Assembly (NCBI GenBank): GCA_043228905.1
Contig: JBHGNT010000652.1
Location: 1-18,413, forward strand
Direction of reading: 5' to 3'
Length of the DNA: 18,413 bases
Source: Azolla caroliniana
Taxonomy: Eukaryota; Plantae; Polypodiophyta
Below, in pieces: positions 9,571 to 18,413 of this stretch. Under the pieces are notes generated by a model. The model did no database searches. It was not told the origin of the DNA and saw nothing but the letters and a program-made list of their open reading frames with translations. The position numbers were made by a program, and so were the translations under genes. Every line of letters starts with the position of its first letter. Position 1 is the first letter of the stretch.

Positions 9571-10095
9571 ATGAAGCAAGTGCTATTTAATGGACATGAT
9601 GATGATGATAATGATGATGATGATGGTAATGATGTGGCATTAAAGATGGCCAACACTGGATCAAATGGGCATGATGTGGCATCAAAGATGGCCAATAGTG
9701 GATCAAATGATGTGGCATCAAATGGGCATGATGTGGCATCACCAAAGATGGCCAATAGTGAATCAAATGATGTGGCATCAAATGGGCATGATGTGGCATC
9801 ACCAAAGATGGCCAATACTGGATCAAATGGGCATGATGATGATGATGAGGATGATGAGGATAGGGCATTCAAGAGTGCCAATCCATTGGTTGATGATGAT
9901 GGTCCACCACCTCTGCATGATGTCCATAGTACTTGGCCTAGTGATGCCACCTACACCCATGAGCAGGAGCAGAAGAAGAAGATGAAGAGGGTGATGTTGG
10001 ACCTGAGTGGCCATTGCTTGGACACCTTCCTAATTCATGACCCCAGCTTCACTACAAACCTTATATCCCTCCACCTCTCCAACAACCAACTTAAG
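9571..10095 (+). CDS. PIRL: Plant intracellular Ras-group-related LRR protein, coding exon 1 (acidic repeat N-terminus and first LRRs)
   Basis: The open frame ends ...MLDLSGHCLDTF...NLISLHLSNNQLK at the phase-0 donor AAG|GTTAAC. The start is placed at ATG 9571 (GCAGAGATGA), after the acceptor at 9546. The in-frame ATG at 9508 is an alternative if that region is not spliced out. Confidence 0.82.
9589..9859 (+). repeat. Coding tandem repeat (60-bp core unit) between two (GAT)n poly-Asp tracts
   Basis: KMAN(T/S)(G/E)SN occurs four times and (NGH/N)DVAS five times. Sequence at 9721-9768 and 9781-9828 is almost identical at a 60-bp offset. Confidence 0.93.
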
Positions 10096-10409
10096 GTTAA
10101 CACAAAATCTCAATTCATCAACTAACTCTAAAAATAATCTTTTATTTTAGTTATTATTTATAATCTTTTTTTGGGGGGGGGATGGGGGGGTTCATTTTCA
10201 TTTCTCTTCATTTTCCCCTTTACACTTTTAATTTTCTATTCTTACCATTATCTCTATATATTTTTTGATAATTTTTTTATTGCACCTCATGATTTTCCCT
10301 CTTTTGACTATTTATTTCCATTTTCTTTTTTCTTTATATTTGTGCGGTTTTTGTTTTATCTTCCCATCATGATCACAACCTTACGCTTGTTTGATGGGTT
10401 GGTTCCTAG

Positions 10410-10576
10410 AGCTTGCCAAATTCTATCGGAGACTTGGATAACCTTGAGATTCTGGACGTGCAATCGAATGAACTATCCGGCCTACCAGACTCAATCGGAT
10501 TCTTGGCGAACCTCAAACTGCTCAATGTGTCTGGGAATATGCTCACCACTCTCCCTGATAGCATTGGAGGATGCAG
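10410..10576 (+). CDS. PIRL: PIRL coding exon 2 (LRRs); not shown in the correct frame in the ORF track
   Basis: The acceptor is CCTAG|AGC. The exon translates as [55 protein letters not shown](R) and ends at the phase-2 donor GCAG|GTAAC. Phases are compatible with exons 1 and 3. Confidence 0.95.
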
Positions 10577-10989
10577 GTAACTTGTTAGAAATCATGCACC
10601 AATATCATATACTTTAAAAGAGTTAAAGCACAAACAAATGGTCCACCGATTCATAAAGGTTGTATGGTAGTTTGTAAATTTTGTATATTTAAATGCAAAT
10701 TTAAAGGAGTGGGTAAGCCCATTCATTGTCCCAACGAGTTTTTACAAGACATGACACATGTTTGTATATTACCACAAGAAATCAAGTTGGTGGCTCGAGG
10801 AACAATCCACTATCTACTTACTCATGTTTGCATCCACATATATATTTGTGACTATGTATATATAACATTTTCCTCCTCATAAGATTGAGCTACATAGTTT
10901 CCCTTCAGTCTCATATTGTATGACATATTCAGTAACAATATTCATGAGCTTTTTGAAATGATTTTACTATAAGTTTGATATATTTGTAG

Positions 10990-11782
10990 GCAATTGGTAG
11001 AGCTTAATGTTGGTTTCAATCAACTCGAACGTATCCCAGCTCGGCTCGGTTTTGACCTTATTCGCTTACGCAACCTTTGCCTTCATTCCAACAAGCTCAC
11101 ATTCTTACCTCCGTCCATATGTGAACTCAAAGAGCTCAAGTTTCTTGATCTTCACTTCAACAACTTGAAGTCCTTACCATCCTCCATGGGGAACTTATCA
11201 TCTTTAGAGAAGCTTAACATAAGCAGCAATTTTAGCGATTTTGGGGGCTCATTGCCGTCAACAATAGGAGATCTAGTATTTCTTGTAGAGCTTGATTTGA
11301 GCTTTAACCAAGTGAAGGTATTACCGATGGGTGTGGGAGCATTAGAGAACCTCAAAGTGCTAAAGGTAGACAACAACCCCCTTGTGGACCCACCCTTAGA
11401 AGTTGTGGAACATAGCATGGAAGCTTTGCTTGAGTACATGTCAGAGAGGTGGAAGACCTTCCAAACATATGATAATAATGACGATGAAGAATTAGGGTTA
11501 GGGGGCTCTCATACACCCACACGAGCAGCTTTATATAATGTTTGCGCGTCTCCGATGACAACACCTCGTCGTGACAACAATGGGCACCAATATAGTATGA
11601 AGACGGTTGGGTTTGAGGCGTCACCAGTTCGAACACGATCATCAAGTGTGTCGACAACGGTACTCCATTGGCTAGGAGGCATGACATGTATGAATGGGAG
11701 GAATTCTATTCCTAATTTGTCTCTACATCACAAGCCTTTGAGTAGTACGTCTAGTCCATATCACCGTCATCATCAATATTAA
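10990..11782 (+). CDS. PIRL: PIRL coding exon 3 (LRRs, PIRL C-terminal motif, low-complexity tail)
   Basis: The acceptor is TTGTAG|G. The exon reads QLVELNVGFNQLERIPARLGFDL...LDLHFNNL...LNISSNFSD...NNPLVDPPLEVVEHSMEALLEYMSERW, typical of PIRL LRRs and the post-LRR cap, and stops at TAA 11780-11782. The joined CDS is 1485 nt (494 aa). Confidence 0.95.
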
Positions 11783-12452
11783 AATTATTCATACATAGCA
11801 AGATCGCAACATGGAGTACAATTTGTATACATGGTCTAATATTGACTTTCATGTGTTTATACAACATGCACAATTTTTCTCAAAAATTCCTACTTATGTA
11901 TGGTCATGTACGTATAATAGGCATTATTGTAGTTCTTTGTTTTTTCTCGATGGAAAAGTAATATTGGTTATCCTTTTGTGTTCTAAATTATAAGGATTGG
12001 TTTTTGTTTAAAGACTCAAGAATTTGGTTGTTATTGAAATATTTTAACTTGATAGGTGAAACTCGTAATTTTGTTTATACATATGATTATGTAAAGGTTG
12101 ATGTCATTGTATAGCACAAAATTTTAATCAAAGTATGATATGCAATGGGTATTGGAACAAATATTATTGGAATTTCTAATTAGAAGTAAACATGTGCTAT
12201 TTGTATATAAGTATGAGAGGAGATCTTTTATGAGCATGATCTCCAAACTACATATAACATGTATTGTTTTATTCAAACCATGGAAATTTAGGAGCAACAT
12301 ATGGACATCAATTAGCCTTTTTAATTTAAATATCACAAGTTTGATTTAATAAGCCAATTGGCATAGTAATGCTATAAAAGTCAAGTAGGGAATGTCTCAT
12401 GTGATGTGTCCATTGGATTCGAATTTCAACCTATATTCCATCTTCCTGTAAG

Positions 12453-12526
12453 AAGTCCTGAATATTATAATTTACACAAGATATATCTCCCTCTAATTTA
12501 CGCAAGTCCTGAATATTATAATTTAC
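12453..12526. repeat. 23-bp exact direct repeat, 51-bp offset
   Basis: AAGTCCTGAATATTATAATTTAC occurs at 12453-12475 and 12504-12526. Confidence 0.85.
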
Positions 12527-13149
12527 GAAAGTGTCGTATAATGTTTCGAGCTTTGACTCATGTCTTTCTTCACTAACAAGATGGAGTACACTGCTCCCAA
12601 GCAATGGAGGACTATTTTAAACAGAAGTACATGGAATACCCAAATCTGTTTTCTCTCTCCAAAGACCCCCAAGCTTATAAGATTCATTTAAACTTGTTAA
12701 CAAGACCACGATATCAAGGTTGAACCTTTAATCCTATCTAACCTTTTGGTAGATTATCAATAACATCGTCTAAAATATAAGGGGGTTTAAAACAAATGCG
12801 TTAGCCATCCATGTAAACGTAAGCATTAAAATTAATTATCAAATGAGTTTACAGTATCAAGCCAATTCTAGATTTAGGTCTGGTTTCTTGGCCTCTCAAA
12901 TGTGGACCATATCATTCCCATGATTCTTACGAGAATTGAACTCCAAAAGTGTTCATGTGTTTCAATGCAAATGAAGACCTTACAGACATAACTTTCTTGA
13001 CAAAAATTACTATGCTATTAAATTCCAAGCACACTTTCATGAATTCTCGGTCAGCACAAAATTAAGTGAGGAAAAATCATTAATCATCATGAACAAAAAA
13101 TGTCAACTTCTACATACACATTAGTGTCCTAGGTTTAAAATTCCAATCA

Positions 13150-14700
13150 TTATATTCACTTCAATGTTTTTATTTGGTATGGTTATAAGATCCATCCTAT
13201 GATCTCTTACTAAATGTGTATATGCAAAGTACCTAGCAAATAGTGCACTTATGAATCATGATTTATGAATGAGAAACATAATGCTAAATGCGGTTCTATG
13301 TTAGTATTAAGAAAACCCCTTGATAATTATGTGATTCTATGATCTTTTGCCAAAGATGGACATCTCATTAGGAATAATCTAAAATGCCATTTCATAGTGT
13401 TCAAATTAACCCATACAGACACAAAATATACGCATTTCTATTACCTTGAAGTCCTCCAAAAATCCAACATCTAGTTCCTCATTACACCTACACAATGGAA
13501 ATGGAATAGAGACAAATGGTTTTTGCAAGGATTTCATGAAGTTGGAAAAACACAGGTTTCTTTGTTCATTTTGAACAATTCATTACCTGCGTATAACTCA
13601 TGGTATAATCCCCATGTTTCAATAGTAATATTTCAAGATTTTGACATGCCTGCATACTCATCTAGCGTTGATGACAAGTTTGCAATATCTAACCATAGCA
13701 TGTGGTCATACGGATTAAGGTTTCCAACTGAACCAATAAGGTGCTTATTGTTGGAGTACGAGATTAATATTTCTTGCTTAGCCTTAGATATTCATAAATA
13801 TACCTCCAATGCATGACCACGAATACCAAGAAACTTGGTACATGACACTCCTTCAATACACCACAAGCATCAATATTCAACAGCATTGGGATCTTAAAAG
13901 CTTAAATAATAGAAGAAGATAAATGACATTACAAACTATCCACATCATCACCAGCACCATGCTTATATGTTCTTACTTCTTACTCAATAGGAAACAAAGA
14001 TCATAAAAGGGCGTCCCAACCACATTATCATGGCCATGATAATCAACATCAAAACACATATTGGTCATCAAGCCTTTCCAATCGTCAACACCAAAACAAT
14101 CACGAACAATAGAATCTCATTGAGGAAATCCAAGCCCCTCACAATAGTGTGCCTATACCTTCCACACACACCAACTATCTCACAGCATCCAAATAATCAC
14201 TTCAATAACCTTGAGGAACATCTCTTATATCATGCTCACCTTCATTAGAATAACCACGAAACCAACAAGCATAAAATCAAAATGCATCTTCCCTTTTGTT
14301 CATGCATTACTTTATCGGTTTTCCCATCATGCATATTTACTTTCTTCATGATAGAATACAATACCCAACAGCAAACTTAGCATCACCAAAAAACCAAATC
14401 CTATACTCACTAACTTTCCTTCCATTCTTGATGGGCAATCCTCATTGCCTCCTTTCCCCAAAGACTACTAGCATGTTTATGACCTAAGCAATCTGAAAGA
14501 CTGCTAGCACATTTACATCAAAAAGCCTTCTGGCATTGTAGCTCTTGAAAAATATTCCGAAAATTCACGGAATGCTTGTAATCTACCAATCGTTTGAATA
14601 GATTGGGTTGCAGGTATATCCCTCATTCCACTGATTTCCCATTGACAATGTTAAGGCACAATACTCTAGGTACCTTGTAGTGCATAACACTAAGAATAGT
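13150..14700 (-). mobile_element. Old, heavily decayed LINE-like ORF2 remnant
   Basis: A long stop-interrupted - strand frame at ~13860-13500 ends ...ETWGLYHELYAGNELFKMNKETCVF, resembling the W-x-L-x-H-x-L-x2-G-x2-L...C-x-FC lead-in of zf-RVT. It is followed by WIFGGL and DVHLWQKI in shifted frames. No TSD was found and boundaries are approximate. Confidence 0.35.
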
Positions 14701-15111
14701 GATAATTGTTGTTCTGGAAAGCTAAATTTTATAAGGTTGCAAAAATGAAACTTAAAAGATATGCCCCAAGGTTACAATAACTATACTTGGGCTCTTCATT
14801 AAGTACTACATAATCTCAAGCAATAAGAACTTGAGGCTCTATATTCGGATTTGAAAAAAAAAAGGTTTTATTTCAACTAAACAAATGCGAGAAATCCATA
14901 TGAAACATTAATTATGATTAACTCAAAGGGAAGGCACATTTATTTGTCTTCTCACACAAGAACAAAAAGATAGCAGTAACTAAATAAAATTAAGGCATTG
15001 TTACTGGCCAGACCACGGTGAGAAAACATCAATCTTTTTACATTATAGGAGATAGACTTTTAAGATTCGAAAGTACAAACATGATGGTCATAATGATAGA
15101 CATCTTGTGAT

Positions 15112-15472
15112 CTGTGGCAGTAAAGATGTTGTTTGATTATTGGGTAATACTATGGGTTTGATGTTGTGTTTCAAGGTAATAAAAAAAAATCCTTATTTCA
15201 GTTTTGAGATGATGATACGTTGTCTTGATTTGTTTGAGTTTGAGTCCATTATGAGCAATTGACAGTTTACACAATCGCCAAAATACAGTTTAAAACATAG
15301 AAGCAAATCCATATTTTTATCTTTTTCTCTTTTACATGGAAGGCAAAGAAAAGAAGTGACGATGAAGGAATTACAACAAGAATGTATAGGACTTCCGTCA
15401 TTAGGAACTATCCAAATTTGACACTTCAAAAGATAATAAAAAAAATCAGAAAAGGAAAAACAAAAACCCTAC
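15112..15472 (-). other. Predicted 3'-UTR intron of the PET117-like gene
   Basis: On the - strand, the donor ATAG|GTAGGG (15472) is followed by U-rich sequence. The acceptor TTTACTGCCACAG| (15112) is followed by U-rich, UTR-like sequence. Confidence 0.5.
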
Positions 15473-15586
15473 CTATTTTTTGCATCTCTGTAACACATTG
15501 TTCACTTTCGACCCTGAGCAAATAAGGGCAATCAAGACAGTAGAAAAATGGGGTGAAAGAAGAGTTTAATTAGGAGGGGGAGAAGA

Positions 15587-15820
15587 TCACTTATCATCAT
15601 CAACACCATGATTTGGCGGAATTGGAGGAGAGTGGAGGAGTTCGAACTGCTGCTGCTGCTGCTGCTGTTGTTGTTGTTGTTGATGATATTCGATGGATCC
15701 ATAGCTCCTGCTCCTCATGTTCCTGCGTTCTTGTTCTTGCAGGCGATGGACAGCTGCGATACCTGCTGCGGTCACGAAACCCACCAACAGCAGGAACCCG
15801 CCGGCCTTCCCCATCTCCAT
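15587..15820 (-). CDS. PET117: Small PET117-like protein (putative mitochondrial cytochrome c oxidase assembly factor), 77 aa, with polyQ C-terminus
   Basis: The N-terminus is [36 protein letters not shown]: a hydrophobic helix followed by T-x5-6-VH-x2-Q-x2-ER-x2-M, which I recognise as the PET117 N-terminal pattern. The region is a GC-rich coding-like island in AT-rich DNA. The start is at 15820 or 15814. The track's extension to 16237 is microsatellite, and the C-terminal half is atypical for the family. Confidence 0.68.
   Translation of the reverse strand: MEMGKAGGFLLLVGFVTAAGIAAVHRLQEQERRNMRSRSYGSIEYHQQQQQQQQQQQQFELLHSPPIPPNHGVDDDK
15647..15682 (-). repeat. (CAA)5(CAG)7 coding trinucleotide repeat (Q12)
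   Basis: The + strand reads (CTG)7(TTG)5. Confidence 0.95.
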
Positions 15821-15883
15821 CTCTCCTACTTCTCCTTCTCTTCTTCTTCTTCTCCTCCTCCTCCTCCTCCTCCTCCTCCTTCT
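15821..15883. repeat. (CTT)n(CCT)n pyrimidine tract; purine-rich leader of the - strand gene
   Basis: Read directly; it abuts the ATG at 15820. Confidence 0.92.
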
Positions 15884-16223
<340 letters not shown>

Positions 16224-16298
16224 GACATTAAACACAACCAATGGCTTATGCATAGACACCCCCTTCGGGATGCTAAGAAGTATCAGAACACTAAGTGT

Positions 16299-16528
16299 GG
16301 TGGGAGTTCCATCAATCCATTATCATCCTTGGATGTGATCTCGAGTGAGTCGTATCCACTCACTCACCCTTGCTGCCGCACAACCATCCATCCAGTCGCA
16401 GAACGAGCAGGATGGTGGGAGTTCCATCAATTCATCATCATCCTCGGATGTGATCTCGAGTGATTAGTATCCACTCACTCGCCCTTGTTGCCGCACAACC
16501 ATCCATCTGGTCGTAGAACGAGCAGGAT
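16299..16528. repeat. Tandem duplication of a 115-bp unit
   Basis: GGTGGGAGTTCCATCAAT...GAACGAGCAGGAT occurs at 16299-16413 and 16414-16528. The copies differ mostly by C/T and G/A transitions. Confidence 0.95.
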
Positions 16529-17087
16529 TTAGCCTGTGTAGTTTTTGCAGTCGTTTGATGTGTGAACACAATATGCTCTTAACACAAGTGTATAGAGAAT
16601 TGGAAAACCATTGCGTGTTTCCAAATTGTCACACGGGGTCAATCCGAGTCGTCAATTGCTTCTCCTACTCCGAGGAACATTATTTGATGAGAAGGAACTT
16701 AATAAACAATGATAACTTCAAAGTGAAAACTTAACATTTGAATCTGACTACATATTCTATCGCAAACCTTATTGCCCAATCTTCCTCTTCGAGAGAACCT
16801 AGTTTCTAGATCATAATACAAAGAGAACCCATATCTAAGGCCAAAACAAAACAAATACTGGCAATGCCGAAACAACAATGTCATACAAGTAAACATATTG
16901 GAATGAAAAAAGTCAAATCCAACCACAAACACGTGTGAGTAAACATTATGTGTATGTATGGAGTAGGCGAAGAAACCTATGTTACGCACGCGGGCTCTAA
17001 CTTCTAGAAGGAGTGGAGGAAACATGGAAGCGGAAAGTGCTAAGTTGTGATCAACCTCATGAACACATACATAGAGAACTCTATGTT

Positions 17088-17110
17088 TGTGTGTGTGTGT
17101 GTGTGTGTGT
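17088..17110. repeat. (TG)n microsatellite
   Basis: Read directly from the sequence. Confidence 0.95.
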
Positions 17111-17131
17111 AGAAGGAAAGCAAGGATGAAG

Positions 17132-17355
17132 CTCCTTCTACTGTCATTGATAACTTGACTCTACCCCTTCTATTGTCACCAATAAAATGATTCTTTGGGT
17201 AAGCCGAGTAACCTAGTTGTGTCTTCAATAACCCAACTTTGCCCCTTCTATTGTCTCCATTAACTCGACTCTTTTGGATAACCCGAGTAACTCGTCTTTG
17301 TCAAGGGTAAGTTGACAAAGACACGAGTAATCCGACCGATTCGAGTAACCCAGTT
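17132..17355. repeat. Degenerate ~78-bp repeats with recurring CGAGTAA motif and an 11-bp hairpin; probable DNA-transposon subterminal region
   Basis: CCCCTTCTATTGTC occurs at ~17164 and ~17242, and CGAGTAA at ~17204, 17284, 17324 and 17342. The inverted repeat GTCTTTGTCAA-7 nt-TTGACAAAGAC lies at 17294-17322. Confidence 0.55.
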
Positions 17356-18413
17356 GAAATTTTGTGTTGAGTTCAAAAACTTTTAAGTTCAAATTATTTT
17401 TTTCCGAAGATCAAAAGCATATTCACATATCAAAATATTCGAGTTTTACACATATAAAAACTTCACCATGAAAATTAAAACTAGTGGAATCCATCACCGA
17501 ATGTAAAACAAAAAGTTAGAAGATCATTCCAAATCGTTCCATCTCAAATTTCATACACAATTAAATTTTGAGCAACAAAAGTTCGAAGCAACACAATTTT
17601 AGCTACCACGAAACTTAAAATGCCACAAAAGTTCAATCGAGGAAACCTTCAAAGATCACAAACATTCTGCAAAACCATAACCACCTAACCTTTTAGACTT
17701 CAGAGACACAACAAATTATGGCCACCATTAAAAATTTTGTGGCCAATTTTTTTTGAAGATACTAGAAACTTCAACTTACACAAAATTCCAGTCGCGAAAA
17801 GTTTCGAATATCATACCATATCCAATGTTGATTTTGGAGACTAAAAACCTAAAAACTCAGAGACCAAAAACCTAAAAAACCATTGGATAGAAACAAAAAG
17901 TCCGAGATCATGGCTCTTGTGGGGAGGATGGCAAAATACAACCATAATTTTTGCATCAATCAACATTTGCGTCCCTCGAAGTCAAGGTCATTCCATCACA
18001 ATGTGGGCACAATGCAAACACCGAACATTCTCGGTCTCACATATGGGCAACTACCTCTTAGCATGACAAGCACATCTTTGTAGTTTTCCAGTGTGTGTTT
18101 TGGTCTTGTTTGGGGAGTTGCCAATAAGTTATTGCAAAATGTCAAGCATCGCTCCTCTTTTCACACCAATTTGTTGCTTCCGATTTATGGATTATGTTTC
18201 TACCTCGTTTGTTGATTTCAGTGCACTTAAACCATACAACTTTTTCTTCAGATCTACGACTTGTTACATACAATACCCGTCAACAAAACCTATTGAAGGA
18301 TCCTAACCCTTGCTCGAGCAACTAAACAACTTCCCGTGTTTGATGTATTTGAGACTTCCATCATTCCACCTTAATGGTTCTACATTCATCTCCACGACAA
18401 TTATTGCCTTCAC

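Noticed and set aside
9525-10014. His-rich, Ser-rich and Met/Trp-rich ORFs overlapping PIRL exon 1
   Set aside because: They are alternative-frame and antisense readings of the (GAT)n-rich coding repeat. Only the PIRL frame splices into the LRR exons.
10171-10617. 148-aa hydrophobic ORF resembling a membrane protein
   Set aside because: It is T-rich intron sequence plus PIRL exon 2 read in the wrong frame.
11152-11687. Antisense ORFs of 95 and 111 aa
   Set aside because: They are shadows of PIRL exon 3.
9571-11782. NLR resistance gene or LRR receptor kinase
   Set aside because: There is no NB-ARC, kinase, signal peptide or transmembrane segment. The LRR consensus and cap match intracellular PIRLs.
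16370-16450. - strand EDDDELMELPPSCSFCDWMD, resembling the end of a GRF zinc finger
   Set aside because: The rest of the motif is missing and the 115-bp repeat breaks the frame.
17883-18413. Short ORFs and a Cys-containing - strand frame near the window end
   Set aside because: The frames are interrupted by stops and show no motif I can identify. This is probably decayed repeat sequence.

Overview
This is AT-rich eukaryotic nuclear DNA from a land plant; I cannot determine the species, and I see no prokaryotic features or CRISPR array. Two convergent genes can be supported. The first is a three-coding-exon plant intracellular Ras-group-related LRR (PIRL) gene on the + strand, join(9571..10095,10410..10576,10990..11782), predicted at 494 aa, with an unusual acidic tandem-repeat N-terminus. 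The second is a small 77-aa PET117-like gene on the - strand (15820..15587) with a polyQ tail and a probable 3'-UTR intron. The rest is mostly transposon debris and repeats: a decayed PIF/Harbinger element, a 5'-truncated LINE with a 17-bp TSD, a hAT-type MITE with an 8-bp TSD, and a ~190-bp polyA retro-insertion with a 20-24-bp TSD just upstream of PIRL. There is also a foldback-like array of tRNA-like modules around an 81-bp minisatellite, a second old LINE, several tandem duplications and long microsatellites. No wholly new biological system can be shown from the sequence alone. The best leads are the divergent PET117-like gene, the PIRL N-terminus and leader, and the inverted-repeat block next to a leftward-facing TATA box.
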